From Pseudomonadota bacterium (GTDB lineage: Bacteria; Desulfobacterota; Syntrophobacteria; Syntrophobacterales; Syntrophobacteraceae), in NCBI GenBank assembly GCA_023442755.1, contig JAEZXS010000244.1:1801-65800 (forward strand): a stretch of 64,000 bases of DNA, in the 5' to 3' direction. A program made the translations under genes and the position numbers. Under the pieces are notes generated by a model, which saw only the letters and a program-made list of their open reading frames with translations, made no database searches and was not told the origin of the DNA. Below are positions 47,194 through 57,244 of this stretch, one piece after another (the first letter of the stretch is position 1; each line of letters starts with the position of its first letter).

Positions 47194-47961
47194 CTAAGAT
47201 TCCTCGTGCTCATGCTTGCGCAGGACACGGTGGGGCATTCCGTGGGCGATCAGGTCCACGGGGCAGTGATAGGCGGAATGGATCATCTCGTCCGTCACCT
47301 CGGACCCGTTATGGTAGTAAAGCGTCTGGTTGAGGCAGGCGACCGATTTGATGTAGCTGGACAAAACGCTCATGTCGTGGCTGACGACGATTATGGTGAT
47401 CGACTCATTCAGTTCCTTCAGGAATTTGTAGAGTTCGCTCTGGAACTGGGCGTCCACGCTTGCCGTCGGTTCATCCATGAGAAGGATACGGGGGCTTGCG
47501 GCCAGTGCGCGGGCAATGAACACCCGTTGCCTCTGCCCACCGGAAAGCTTGCCGATCGGGCGGTTGCGGTATTCCCACATGCCCACCTTTTCCAGGGCCT
47601 CCCGAACCTTTTCACGGTCCTCGCCCCTGTAGCTTCGGTCTCTTCCGGGGAGTCCCAGCCGTCCCATAAGGGTCACATCCGTCACCGAGATCGGAAAATC
47701 CTTGTTGATACCCGTATCCTGGGGCACATATCCGACCAGGCCGGCGACTTCCGCCGGGTCTTTCCCGAAAATCTTCACGCTTCCGTTCTGGGGGCGCAAA
47801 ATTCCGAGGATGATTTTCAGCAGGGTGGTCTTGCCGCTTCCGTTCGGTCCGATCAGTGCGAGAAAGTCCCTCTCGCTGACCTGCAGGTTCACGTTTCGCA
47901 GGATCGCGTGGTTGTTGTAGTAAAATGCCACGTCCCGAATGTCTATTGCCGGCCCGGTCAT
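47194..47961 (-). CDS. znuC: Metal ABC transporter ATP-binding protein
   Basis: GPNGSGKTTLL, LSGGQRQRVFIARAL, LLMDEP. Confidence 0.85.
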   Translation of the reverse strand: MTGPAIDIRDVAFYYNNHAILRNVNLQVSERDFLALIGPNGSGKTTLLKIILGILRPQNGSVKIFGKDPAEVAGLVGYVPQDTGINKDFPISVTDVTLMGRLGLPGRDRSYRGEDREKVREALEKVGMWEYRNRPIGKLSGGQRQRVFIARALAASPRILLMDEPTASVDAQFQSELYKFLKELNESITIIVVSHDMSVLSSYIKSVACLNQTLYYHNGSEVTDEMIHSAYHCPVDLIAHGMPHRVLRKHEHEES

Positions 47962-47975
47962 GAGTCGGCCCTCCT

Positions 47976-48878
47976 TTATTGCTGCCCGCCTACAGATGCG
48001 GCGATCTGGCCGGCAACCTGGCGGAGATTGTTCGCCCAGTCGGGAGCAAGATCGTCGGCAAAGATCAGTTTGCCTTCAATGGCATCGGCTATGGCCTGAG
48101 CACTCCTCGGGGAGTACTGGGGCTGGACGAAAATAGTCTTTATTTTAAGTTCCTTCGCTTCCTTGATCAGCTTGTCCAGGTCGCGGGCCTTAGGTTCTTT
48201 GCCCTCGATTTCGACCGGGAACTGTTTGAGTCCATACGCGTCGGCGAAATATCCCCAGGCGGGGTGGAATACCATGAACCCGCCTCCGGACGGAAAGAGC
48301 CGCGAGATGGACATGTCGAGGTCGGTCAGTTCCGAGATGAAATTCTTGTAGTTTGTCTCGTAGGCCTGCCGGTTGTGCGGGTCGTTAGCCGCAAGCGCCA
48401 CGAAAATAGCCCTGGCCTGAAGCATAACCAGGGGAGGGGAAAGCCAGACATGCGGATCGGCGATTTCGTGTTCCCCGTGTGCCTCTCCGGCGCCGGCTTC
48501 GTGACCGTGGGAGTGCGCTTCCATCTCCCTCTTTTCAATATCTCTCTCGGTATGCACGATAAGCATTTTCGGATTGGCCGCCGCTATCTTGGACAACCAG
48601 ATAGTCTCGAACGGTACGCCGAGGGCGAAGTAAATCTTTGCCTTCCCGAGTGCAGTCATCTGTTTCGGCTTGGGTTCGTACTGCTCCGGGGTCGCCCCGG
48701 CCGGAACCATCACTTCGACATCGACAGCGCTTCCTCCGATCTTTTCAACGAAGTACTTCTGTGGGAGAATGCTGACGACAACGGGCATCGGCCCCTGTGC
48801 GGAAGCGGAATGCGGGAGCATGGAACAGCATGCGATCAGCACAAACGACAAGAGGAAAACGGTTAAAGAGCGGTTCAT
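47976..48878 (-). CDS. znuA: Metal ABC transporter substrate-binding protein with a His-rich loop (zinc-type)
   Basis: Cluster A-I SBP fold sequence. Loop EAHSHGHEAGAGEAHGEHEIADPH. I chose the start MNRSLTVFLL, preceded by GGAGG. Confidence 0.8.
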   Translation of the reverse strand: MNRSLTVFLLSFVLIACCSMLPHSASAQGPMPVVVSILPQKYFVEKIGGSAVDVEVMVPAGATPEQYEPKPKQMTALGKAKIYFALGVPFETIWLSKIAAANPKMLIVHTERDIEKREMEAHSHGHEAGAGEAHGEHEIADPHVWLSPPLVMLQARAIFVALAANDPHNRQAYETNYKNFISELTDLDMSISRLFPSGGGFMVFHPAWGYFADAYGLKQFPVEIEGKEPKARDLDKLIKEAKELKIKTIFVQPQYSPRSAQAIADAIEGKLIFADDLAPDWANNLRQVAGQIAASVGGQQ

Positions 48879-49205
48879 TCCAGCCTCCAATAGGGCCAAA
48901 GCCCCGGATAAACGACAGCTTAAACTAAATATAATAGGAAATTTCGCCCTCGATTGCCACAAACTATTTCACCTTTCCGTCTCGCCCGGCAATTTTCCCC
49001 CGCCAGGCCCGCCCATCTGAAGCCCAATATGACCCGATGCGCCCACACTGCAAAAATGGATAATCGGTATGTTAAAATAATAAAAATTGACCACGTTCCG
49101 AAAACATCGTATGGTGAAGCCATGTCTGGCGACGCCCAAAATTCCATGCAATAGGCATTCTGGTGTGAAAATGTTGAAATCAGGTTAAAAAACTGGAGTT
49201 AAACA

Positions 49206-49481
49206 TTGGGGATCAGAAAAATACTCGTTGTCTCTGCCGCTATTTCCTTTTCGGCCTTCTCCTTCTCATTCGAAGCCATGGCCCAACAGGAAAGACCACG
49301 ACTCGACGACAGTTTCCGTCAGCTGCAGGAGCAGTGGAAACAGATTATGAAAAACGAGTACAATCCGGCCACAATCCAGCCGGTGGTCAACCACCAAACC
49401 TCATTTTCCGACCGAGCCTGGCTCGATAAGTCAAAGAGGACCTCTCACAAAAAGACAAGGGATTACGCGCGGCGAAGGTAG
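49206..49481 (+). CDS. Hypothetical small secreted basic protein
   Basis: TTG start with GGAG 8 nt upstream. Signal peptide ILVVSAAISFSAFSFSFEAMA. Confidence 0.35.
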   Translation: MGIRKILVVSAAISFSAFSFSFEAMAQQERPRLDDSFRQLQEQWKQIMKNEYNPATIQPVVNHQTSFSDRAWLDKSKRTSHKKTRDYARRR

Positions 49482-49556
49482 TGCGATCAGCCGTCTCCCG
49501 TGGGATAGGACTTTCAGTCCCGCCGAAAAGGGAATGCTTTGGAGAAAGCATGGCTT

Positions 49557-49585
49557 GATCGCGGCTGCAAGCCGCTCCCACAGAG
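49557..49585. repeat. REP-like palindromic unit, family A
   Basis: gatcgcggctgcaagccgctcccacagag. Confidence 0.8.
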
Positions 49586-49635
49586 CACTGTATCGGGGAT
49601 GAACGCGATTGACGCGGGAATGCACTCCGGTATGC

Positions 49636-50385
49636 TCAGCGTGGTGCGTGCTTTCTGTCTTTCAAAAAATCGACGAGAGCCTGCCGGATGGCCCTGGCCA
49701 TTCGCGCCTGGTATGCACGGCTGCGCAGCAGGGTTTCCTCGCTGCGGTTCCTGATGATGCCGCATTCGAGGAGCACCGCCGGGCATTTCGCCTCTTTAAG
49801 TACTACCAGTCCGTCATACCTGTAAACGCCCGTGGCGCTGTCGACCGGCTGCTTGCCTTCTCCCTTGAGCAGCGCGGCGTGGTGCGCCGATGGCAGAAAA
49901 CCTGCCTTTTTCAATTCGCGCCCGGCGACAATCGCCAGCCTGCGACTTGCCTCCGGCCGTCCGTTTTTCTCCGAGATGAACAGGGAATACCCTCGATACG
50001 CATCGCAGAACCGGGCGGGCACCCCCCGGTAGATCCAATCGGAGAGGAATTCCTGCTGCACGGAGTCGTGATGGATGGAGATGAGGATGTCGGATTTGGC
50101 CGCATTGACGATTCCGGCCCTTTCCTGGAGTGAAATATCGCTGCCGTCGGGATTGATTATGAACGGCCGGAGGCGCGCATCCTTTTTCAATTCTCGAAGC
50201 ACAACCGCTGCCATCCTGCGGTTGAAAACGTACTCCGGCCGGTTCCTGGAGCTTAGGGCCCCTTTGGATTCCACAGAGTGGCCGATATCTATGGCTATCG
50301 TGACGTGCTGCTCTGCCCGGGACTGTCCGGGGAAGAGCAGAACCGGCAGGATGAGAATTACTGCGGCAAGCGTCGATATACGCAT
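49636..50385 (-). CDS. N-acetylmuramoyl-L-alanine amidase (Amidase_3-like), secreted
   Basis: Signal peptide MRISTLAAVILILPVLLFPGQSRA, then IAIDIGHS...ILISIHHDS...CPAVLLECG. Its ATG shares 1 nt with the upstream gene's stop. Confidence 0.65.
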   Translation of the reverse strand: MRISTLAAVILILPVLLFPGQSRAEQHVTIAIDIGHSVESKGALSSRNRPEYVFNRRMAAVVLRELKKDARLRPFIINPDGSDISLQERAGIVNAAKSDILISIHHDSVQQEFLSDWIYRGVPARFCDAYRGYSLFISEKNGRPEASRRLAIVAGRELKKAGFLPSAHHAALLKGEGKQPVDSATGVYRYDGLVVLKEAKCPAVLLECGIIRNRSEETLLRSRAYQARMARAIRQALVDFLKDRKHAPR

Positions 50386-51266
50386 CAGTCGTCCTGGCGG
50401 CAGGGCGCCGGTCGAGTCCTTTTCCCCAGCCTGTCGTAGCGCGCCGAGTCTCCCGGCGTCATTTCGTAGCATACGGGCGAGGAAACGGGCTGCCCCTCTT
50501 GCAGGAGTTCGTCCACGGTCACAAACTGCCAGCCGGCTTTTCGCAGGTTCGGGACGAGGACCCGGAGCGCTCCCAGCGTGCCGTGCCCCTTCCCGTTGGC
50601 GTGAAAGACAATGATTGCCCCGGGCTTTACCCTGGACAATACGGTCCCGATGATTCCTGCGGCGGTCCGGTCTTTTGCGGGATCGCCGGAAACGATGCTC
50701 CACTGGATGGCCGGCATGCCGAAATCGGCAAGGACGGTAAGCGATTCGCCAGTGCATGTGCCGTAGGGAAAGCGGAAAAGCCGGGGCGATTGTGCGATGC
50801 CGGAGGTTGGGGCCTGCCCATTGCGCGCGGCGAGCGAAGCCCGGATTAGAGCGTATTCGTCCCTGGTGCGGATGATCTGGTCTTTTGCCTCACCTGCCGT
50901 AAGGTGCGAAAAATTTGCGTGGTCCCAGCTGTGGCTGCCTATTTCGAAAAGGGGGCTGGACATCAGGCGCATGGTCTCTTGCGGATGAGACCGCATCCAC
51001 TTGCCGCCGGCAAAGAAGGTCGCCCGGACCGAATTGTCGCTCAGGAAATCGACGAGTTCCGCATCGAAACCGGCGGTTTCGCGGGGACCTTCGCACAGGT
51101 CGAAGGTGAAGGAAAGCAATTTCCTGCCGTCCGGAATGCGCACCTCGCGGATGGATTTCCTGAGTTCGAGCGGCAGAGGCTGCTGAGCATGAGTGTGCGA
51201 AAAAGGGAAACAGGTAAAGAGACAGGCAACGGTTCCGGCGAGAAGAAGCAGGTTGTTTCGGGACAT
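50385..51266 (-). CDS. Polysaccharide deacetylase (NodB-homology) family protein, secreted
   Basis: LSFTFDLCEG..., FFAGGKWM, EIGSHSWDH, IIVFHANG. I chose the start MSRNNLLLLAG. Confidence 0.7.
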   Translation of the reverse strand: MSRNNLLLLAGTVACLFTCFPFSHTHAQQPLPLELRKSIREVRIPDGRKLLSFTFDLCEGPRETAGFDAELVDFLSDNSVRATFFAGGKWMRSHPQETMRLMSSPLFEIGSHSWDHANFSHLTAGEAKDQIIRTRDEYALIRASLAARNGQAPTSGIAQSPRLFRFPYGTCTGESLTVLADFGMPAIQWSIVSGDPAKDRTAAGIIGTVLSRVKPGAIIVFHANGKGHGTLGALRVLVPNLRKAGWQFVTVDELLQEGQPVSSPVCYEMTPGDSARYDRLGKRTRPAPCRQDD

Positions 51267-51354
51267 CAATGGAATCCATTTGCGTTTATAATAAGAATTG
51301 GTAAAACGGCAGAATGATTTTACCCGCTCATCCTGGAATTGAAAGAGGAATGGG

Positions 51355-51834
51355 ATGAAAAACACCGAGGACAGATATATTCTGCGCGATATTTCGGTAG
51401 AGCCGCTTCGGTCAAGGTATGTGGAGCAGATCAGCCTGAACCTCGCATCGATGGACCCATGGCTGACCCTGGAATACAAGCCCGAAGTCATCTCCTTCTA
51501 CCTCCTGCGTGCCGATCCGGCTTTGAAACGCTATACCGTGCTCGTTTCGAACAGGGTTGCCGGAGTCATGTCCCTGAGGCATCCCTGGCTGTTCGGGCCT
51601 TTTCTGGAACTCATCGCCCTTTTCGGAGACCTTCGGGGTAAGGGGATCGGCGCCCGCCTGATCGACTGGATATGCGGCCAGTACCCGACGGCCGGAAATC
51701 TCTGGGCCACCGTCTCATCCTTCAACCTGGACGCGCAGCGGTTTTACCTGCGCATGGGCTTCGAGCAGATCGCCACCCTGGATAACCTGATCAAGCCGGG
51801 GAGACACGAAATTCTGCTTCGAAAGAGACTGTGA
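51355..51834 (+). CDS. GNAT-family N-acetyltransferase
   Basis: LRGKGIGARLIDWI...AQRFYLRMGFEQI. Confidence 0.7.
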   Translation: MKNTEDRYILRDISVEPLRSRYVEQISLNLASMDPWLTLEYKPEVISFYLLRADPALKRYTVLVSNRVAGVMSLRHPWLFGPFLELIALFGDLRGKGIGARLIDWICGQYPTAGNLWATVSSFNLDAQRFYLRMGFEQIATLDNLIKPGRHEILLRKRL

Positions 51835-51882
51835 GCACCGCATTCGGGGAATGCCGAACCGGCGCAGCCCCGGAATAAAAAA

Positions 51883-51914
51883 AGAGGGCCGGTTGTTCAT
51901 CCGGCCCTCTTTTC
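51883..51914 (+). terminator. Rho-independent terminator of the GNAT gene
   Basis: AGAGGGCCGG-ttgttcat-CCGGCCCTCT followed by TTTT. Confidence 0.75.
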
Positions 51915-51920
51915 GCTTCA

Positions 51921-51950
51921 AAAAAACGGCCGGTGGGATTCCGCCGGCCT
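51921..51950 (-). terminator. Rho-independent terminator of the lipoprotein gene
   Basis: The minus strand reads AGGCCGGCGG-aatc-CCACCGGCCG followed by TTTTTT. Confidence 0.65.
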
Positions 51951-51978
51951 GTTCTTTCATAAAAATAGAAATGCGAAG

Positions 51979-52239
51979 TTACTTCTTCATGTGTTTCTTG
52001 AAGATGGATTCGCACTTGTCAGCAGCGGCTTCTGCCCTGCGAGCGGCGTTTTCAGCTCTCATTGCGGCAGCTTCAGCTGCTCTGGCGCTGGCTGTACACT
52101 GCTGTTCGATTGCCTGAGCTTTGTCCATAGCTGCCTGGCAGAGTTCAGTACACTTCTTGGCATCCTGGGAACAGGCGCAGCCGGAGATCATGGTGAAAGC
52201 CAATGCTACAACAAACAAAACTGCCACTATTCTCTTCAT
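51979..52239 (-). CDS. Alanine-zipper (Lpp-like) lipoprotein
   Basis: Lipobox MISGC. Ala-rich heptad region ARAAEAAAMRAENAARRAEAAADK. GGAGG lies before the ATG. Confidence 0.7.
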   Translation of the reverse strand: MKRIVAVLFVVALAFTMISGCACSQDAKKCTELCQAAMDKAQAIEQQCTASARAAEAAAMRAENAARRAEAAADKCESIFKKHMKK

Positions 52240-52479
52240 ACTCTTTCCTCCTTAAGAACCAAGCGAAATAATTTTTGATTTGTCTTCAACTTCAAGACCC
52301 TCCGTAAAAAACTCTGGTAGTCCCACCTCCTCTCCCATACAGGATAGAAATGCAACTTATGCAGTGTTTTAGACCAGCTATGCGGCCTTTCTGATAAAAA
52401 CGCGTTAGATGCTACGCCAGCTATTTGATAAAATCAAGCAATTTTTCTACCAAACGTAGGCTGGCAAACGCCCGCGCTA

Positions 52480-53439
52480 TCATTCCTGCGTCATCTCCGC
52501 AACTTTGAGCGAATGGTCTTCACCAGACATCCTGCTCACGTCCGTAGGCACCCCGTTTTGCAGGGAAATCGCCACGGCAAATTTCTTCTGATCCACTTGA
52601 TTCGCGTATGGATATTGGGCCAGTTTATCGAAGGCATATTTGGAATAGTCCGGAATTTTCTTATATACGTCCGGGTGCGCTTCTACATATACCTGGCCAT
52701 TCTTGCGGCCGAATTTGACTGGTTCGTAAATGATTTCGAGCTTGGTACCCATGGCAACCTGGGGATAGAGGATACGGATGTGTTCGGGGTAGCACCGGAT
52801 GCATCCATGGCTGACCAGGCGGCCGACTCCCCAGGGCATCGCCGTGCCGTGAACCCCATATGCACCGGCTGAAAACTTCATGACGAATTCCCCAAGCGGG
52901 TTTTCGGGTCCGGGAGGCATAACGGCCATACCATATTTTGCCTGTAGCGAGGCAGGAATGTACCAGGACGGGTTGGGCCGTTTCTCATTTACGAAATAAG
53001 TTCCGAGAGGGCTCTCCCACCCCTCGTCGCCGATCCCGATGGGGTAGGTCTGGACGGTGGAGCTGTTGCGATCGAAAAAGTAGAGTCTGAGCTCAGGCAC
53101 GTTGATCACGATTTGGTAGAGCTGGCTTGGGGGGAGCACCCAGGTGGTCGGAATGAAGATCCGTTTGCCTCTGGGTGGAATCCACGCATCCATTTTTGGA
53201 AACAGGAGGTCAAGAGAGTTGTACCCAAGTCCGTTTTTCCTTGCCAGATCGAGAAGCGTATCTTTGTCCTTGATGCTGTACCAGCGGGGAGCGCCGATCA
53301 CAGTCAGGTCCGGTACCCGGTATTCGAACTTTTGTACGGTTGCAGTGAACTCTTCGTCGCCTGCGGCAAAGGAAATCGAGCAGCCTAGTGCTAAGAAAAC
53401 GATAAAAAGGCACAGGGCAACGACTTTCTTCTTTCTCAT
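52480..53439 (-). CDS. L,D-transpeptidase (YkuD/ErfK family)
   Basis: Catalytic motif VHGTAMPWGVGRLVSHGCIRCYPEHI. Signal peptide. I chose the start MRKKKVVALC. Confidence 0.8.
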   Translation of the reverse strand: MRKKKVVALCLFIVFLALGCSISFAAGDEEFTATVQKFEYRVPDLTVIGAPRWYSIKDKDTLLDLARKNGLGYNSLDLLFPKMDAWIPPRGKRIFIPTTWVLPPSQLYQIVINVPELRLYFFDRNSSTVQTYPIGIGDEGWESPLGTYFVNEKRPNPSWYIPASLQAKYGMAVMPPGPENPLGEFVMKFSAGAYGVHGTAMPWGVGRLVSHGCIRCYPEHIRILYPQVAMGTKLEIIYEPVKFGRKNGQVYVEAHPDVYKKIPDYSKYAFDKLAQYPYANQVDQKKFAVAISLQNGVPTDVSRMSGEDHSLKVAEMTQE

Positions 53440-53860
53440 GTGGCTTTTCCCTAATTTGCTGAAATTTTGAACATCGCATCCCTGGGATTGGCCGTTACAA
53501 TAAAGAGTCTCCAATTTCAGATCAAGCCTTTTTTGACCTGAAAACAGAGATTACTCTTCAATCGGAAAATCTCCCGGGGATGAAAAGGGAAAAAAGCCGC
53601 TCTCCTCCTCTAATTTCAAAAATCGATCAGTCCAAAGACCTTCCTTTTGCCGGGCCAAATGCCTAGATTTTGTTTTTCATATCTAAACGGGCCTGTTTGT
53701 GCCAAAATTAAACGCGGCCTGTTTTCCGAATGCCAGTGCGCATTCACGGGACTTGGCATCGCGGATCCCACGGCCGAGGTTTGAAAAATGATAATCACAA
53801 ACAACGGCTTGTACAGATGAAAGCAGGTATTTTCTCATATCTAATTTAACGGAGGAGAGA

Positions 53861-54994
53861 ATGGACAAAAAGTGCGCTGAAAAGCGGCCTGAAAACGTGA
53901 AAAAGCGCTTTCCCAACAGTGTAGTTCCCCTGGTCAACGGAAAGGCCCTGATAAAGGCGGCCAGGAAACACACCGCCATGATTATGGCAACCAACATCCG
54001 CTGCCGGCTCCCGGTGGCCGGAATTGCCATGGCATCGATGGCGGCGAAGGCCCCCGTTATATATGAAATAGCGAAATCGGAACTGGGTTACACGGAATTT
54101 ACGCCATACAGCTTTGCCGAATTCATAATCGAGGAAAACGAGCGGCTGGGAAATACCAAGGTGCCGTTTGCCGTGCACGCAGACCACACAACCGTGAAGA
54201 AACCCGAAGAGGTGGATTCGACGGCCGAACTGATCGCAAAGGAAATAGAAGCGGGCTTCACTTCCTTTGCCATCGACGCCTCTCATATGGAAAACGAGAA
54301 GAACCTGGCGGCAACCATCCGCCTGGCCAGGCCGATCATCGAAGCGGGGCTCAACCTCGAGGTCGAACTGGGGGAAATTGGCGCAAAGAGCGGCAGCGCG
54401 GAAGGTTTCACTCAGCCGGAGGAAGCCAAATGGTTCATCGGCGAGCTCGACAAGAACGGGGTTCGTCCCGATCTGCTCGCGATCAACAACGGGTCGATTC
54501 ACGGAACCTACTTCGGCACATCCCAGGAAGGAATTCAGCTCGAGCTTACCCGCTCCATCTGGGAAGCAATTCAATCCTGGTCGGTGGACATCGCCCAGCA
54601 TGGAATTACGGGAACCTCTCTCGACAAGATATCTTCCTTCATTCAATATGGAATTAGAAAGGGCAATGTCGGGACCCTCTGGCAGAACGTCGCTTTCGGC
54701 CTGGCAATGAACCAGAACGGAAACGCCTTGACCAGGGAGGACAGGAGCTACATCAAGCGGCCTTATCGAGGCATTCCTGACGAATTGTGGGAGGAAATGG
54801 TAAAATGGGCGAAGGAGACCAACAACACCGGCGGCAACATCAAGAACGCCAACAAGCCTTTTGCCCCGTTCTTCAACGCTCTTCCGATCGAATACAAGAA
54901 GAGGACGGCCGAGCATGCCTATGAAGAGGCCGTGCGCCTGTTCGAAGCCACCCACTCGATCGGCCTGGCCGACAGTGTGTGGGAGTTCCTCTAG
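53861..54994 (+). CDS. fba: Class II fructose-bisphosphate aldolase family protein
   Basis: FAVHADH, FAIDASH, EVELGEIG, NNGSIHGTY. GGAGGAG lies before the ATG. Confidence 0.75.
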   Translation: MDKKCAEKRPENVKKRFPNSVVPLVNGKALIKAARKHTAMIMATNIRCRLPVAGIAMASMAAKAPVIYEIAKSELGYTEFTPYSFAEFIIEENERLGNTKVPFAVHADHTTVKKPEEVDSTAELIAKEIEAGFTSFAIDASHMENEKNLAATIRLARPIIEAGLNLEVELGEIGAKSGSAEGFTQPEEAKWFIGELDKNGVRPDLLAINNGSIHGTYFGTSQEGIQLELTRSIWEAIQSWSVDIAQHGITGTSLDKISSFIQYGIRKGNVGTLWQNVAFGLAMNQNGNALTREDRSYIKRPYRGIPDELWEEMVKWAKETNNTGGNIKNANKPFAPFFNALPIEYKKRTAEHAYEEAVRLFEATHSIGLADSVWEFL

Positions 54995-55007
54995 TCCGGC
55001 GGGAAAA

Positions 55008-55047
55008 GTCTCACCGCGGAGCTGCAGAGATCGCGGAGGAAGAACGG
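55008..55047. repeat. Family-D repeat unit
   Basis: gtctcaccgcggagctgcagagatcgcggaggaagaacgg. Compare with 18081, 18278, 46034 and 46204. Confidence 0.6.
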
Positions 55048-55542
55048 AAATGAGCATTAATGCCAGCCCGACGCAAAGCAGTCTCATTTACCTCCCTCGG
55101 CGGTCTCTGCCCCAGTTTTACGGCGTCCCCTGCGGTGAATGTGTTTGGCCTTAGTTGACAGCAACGGGGCCTTGCTGAGGCAACAGCTTTTGAGAGCCCG
55201 CCACCGCGCCGAAGTTTTCCCCGCATATCCCCGCCTCGCCTGTTTTCAGGCCATTCCGGAAAATCTCCCTCGGGCAACACGCCATAGTTATTCCCAAATC
55301 CAGAAATTCTGTCTCCGTCCCAGGAATTTTCTTGCATTTCCTCAAGCATTCAATGAGAATCTTCAGGCCTGTTTTAAACAGGAACTTCAGGGGCAAAAGT
55401 ACCAGTCTGAGCCGGATATCATCCGGAAAGCCGTTAGAATTCAGGAAAAATGGGAGCTTTTCAGTCTAGGCGAGCCAGACAGAAGCGCTGAGGAACGTTT
55501 CCCCGTAGCGGGGAGATGTTCGAATCGGGTCAGGAGAGGTCT

Positions 55543-55827
55543 ATGGAAGTTAAATTGCTCAACATCGGATTTGGCAACACCGTCATTGCGAACAGGGTGG
55601 TCGCGATCGTTTCCCCGGCTTCTGCTCCCATGAAAAGACTCAAAGAGGACGCCCGGCAGGGAAACAAACTGATAGACGCCACTATGGGCCGCCGCACCCG
55701 GTCGATCATCATCACTGACAGCGACCATGTTATCCTTTCCGGCGTTCAGGCCGAGACCATTGCCCAGCGACTGCTGATCGACGGAAACACCAAAGAGGTA
55801 AATCTCTTAAAACAGCTCAAAGACTGA
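55543..55827 (+). CDS. remA: RemA/DUF370-family regulatory protein
   Basis: [62 protein letters not shown] is a near-canonical RemA. It sits immediately upstream of gmk, as in many genomes. Confidence 0.85.
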   Translation: MEVKLLNIGFGNTVIANRVVAIVSPASAPMKRLKEDARQGNKLIDATMGRRTRSIIITDSDHVILSGVQAETIAQRLLIDGNTKEVNLLKQLKD

Positions 55828-55829
55828 TC

Positions 55830-56459
55830 ATGGTTTCTCCTGCTTACTCCGGGCAGCTTTTCATCATTTCCGCTCCTTCCGGAGTGGGAAAATCCACACT
55901 CATCCGGAACATTCTCTCCGAATGTCCGAAACTGAGGTATTCGGTTTCCTGCACCACGCGTCCTCCACGTCCGGAGGAAACTCCCGGAATCGATTATTGT
56001 TTTCTCTCGAAAGAGGAATTTCTGAGCGGGATCGGTTCCGGACGATTCCTGGAATGGGCCGAGGTCCACGGCCAGTACTACGGCACAGATGCTATCCCCA
56101 TTGAAAAATGGCTGAAATCGGGAAACGACGTCCTGCTGGATATAGACATCCAGGGTGCGCGCCTCGTCCGATGCGCATACCCTTCGGCACTGACCATCTT
56201 CATCCTGCCTCCTTCCATGAACGTGCTCGAGGAACGGTTGCGCAGCCGGGGCACCGAGACGCCCGAACAGTTGTCCATACGCATCGCTGCTGCCCAATCG
56301 GAGCTGCAGGAAGCCCCATGGTATGACTACATCGTCGTGAACGACAAACTGGAGGAAGCCATCCTGGACCTCAAGGCGATTCTGCGCTCCGGCCGGTGCG
56401 GCCGCTTTGTGCAGGCTCCGCGCCTGCGGGCTTTCCTGATGTCGCTTCCCCAGGCCTGA
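55830..56459 (+). CDS. gmk: Guanylate kinase
   Basis: ISAPSGVGKSTLI...TTRPPRPEE..G.DY.F. Confidence 0.9.
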   Translation: MVSPAYSGQLFIISAPSGVGKSTLIRNILSECPKLRYSVSCTTRPPRPEETPGIDYCFLSKEEFLSGIGSGRFLEWAEVHGQYYGTDAIPIEKWLKSGNDVLLDIDIQGARLVRCAYPSALTIFILPPSMNVLEERLRSRGTETPEQLSIRIAAAQSELQEAPWYDYIVVNDKLEEAILDLKAILRSGRCGRFVQAPRLRAFLMSLPQA

Positions 56460-56476
56460 CGACTTACCTTTTCTGC

Positions 56477-57244
56477 ATGAAAAGCAATCCGCGGACGGAA
56501 AAACAAATCTGGATATCGGGGATAAACCCCGTCCGGGAAGCCCTGCGCGCCAAAGGGCTGCCGGCCGGCAAACTCCTGCTCTCGCGCAGCGACCCGAGAG
56601 GCCGGGAACTCGAAGAGCTTGCTCGCCTGAGAAATATTCCGTTTGACCATGCCACGCGCGAGCGCCTCTCCGAACTGGCAGGACACAGCCACCACCAGGG
56701 CGCCGTTCTCGAAATCGCCGAATTCCCCTACGCCGGCCTCGAAGACCTTCTCGAAAAACCCCTCGGAGAGCGCGACCCGGTCCTCGTACTCGACAGCATC
56801 CAGGACCCGCAGAACCTGGGGGCGATCCTCCGGAGCGCCTGCTTCCTCGGCGCAAAAGCCATCGTCCTCCCGAAGGACCGCTCCGCCCGCGTCACCGCGG
56901 CAGTTATAAAGATCGCCGCCGGAGCGACCTCCTATGTTCCCGTCGTCCAGGTGACAAACCTCGTCCGCGCCCTGAATGAAATGAAAGAAGCCGGGTTCTG
57001 GACCGCCGGGCTCGATGTGCAGGGAGATAAAACGATCTATGATGCGGACCTCACCGTTCCGCTCTGCCTGGTAGTGGGAAACGAGCAGAAAGGCATGCGG
57101 CCGCTTGTAAGGAACGCGTGCGACCTGCTTCTGCGCATCCCCGCCTCCGGCCCGCTCCAATCGCTCAACGCCGCCTCCGCCGCAACCATCGCCCTGTCTG
57201 AGGTCCTGCGCCAGCGCTTAAAGGCGACTGCACAAAAAGGCTAA
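56477..57244 (+). CDS. rlmB: SpoU/TrmH-family 23S rRNA 2-prime-O-methyltransferase (RlmB-like)
   Basis: ISGINPVREAL..., HQGAVLE, LVLDSIQDPQNLGAILRSA, LVVGNEQKGMR, SLNAASAATIAL. Confidence 0.8.
   Translation: MKSNPRTEKQIWISGINPVREALRAKGLPAGKLLLSRSDPRGRELEELARLRNIPFDHATRERLSELAGHSHHQGAVLEIAEFPYAGLEDLLEKPLGERDPVLVLDSIQDPQNLGAILRSACFLGAKAIVLPKDRSARVTAAVIKIAAGATSYVPVVQVTNLVRALNEMKEAGFWTAGLDVQGDKTIYDADLTVPLCLVVGNEQKGMRPLVRNACDLLLRIPASGPLQSLNAASAATIALSEVLRQRLKATAQKG

Noticed and set aside
55151-55396. 81-aa minus-strand ORF (and the overlapping 164-aa plus-strand ORF 55139-55633) in the fba-remA spacer
   Set aside because: There is no SD and no recognisable family. The two ORFs overlap each other, and the plus-strand one runs into remA. 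The region also carries a family-D repeat. It is left unannotated.
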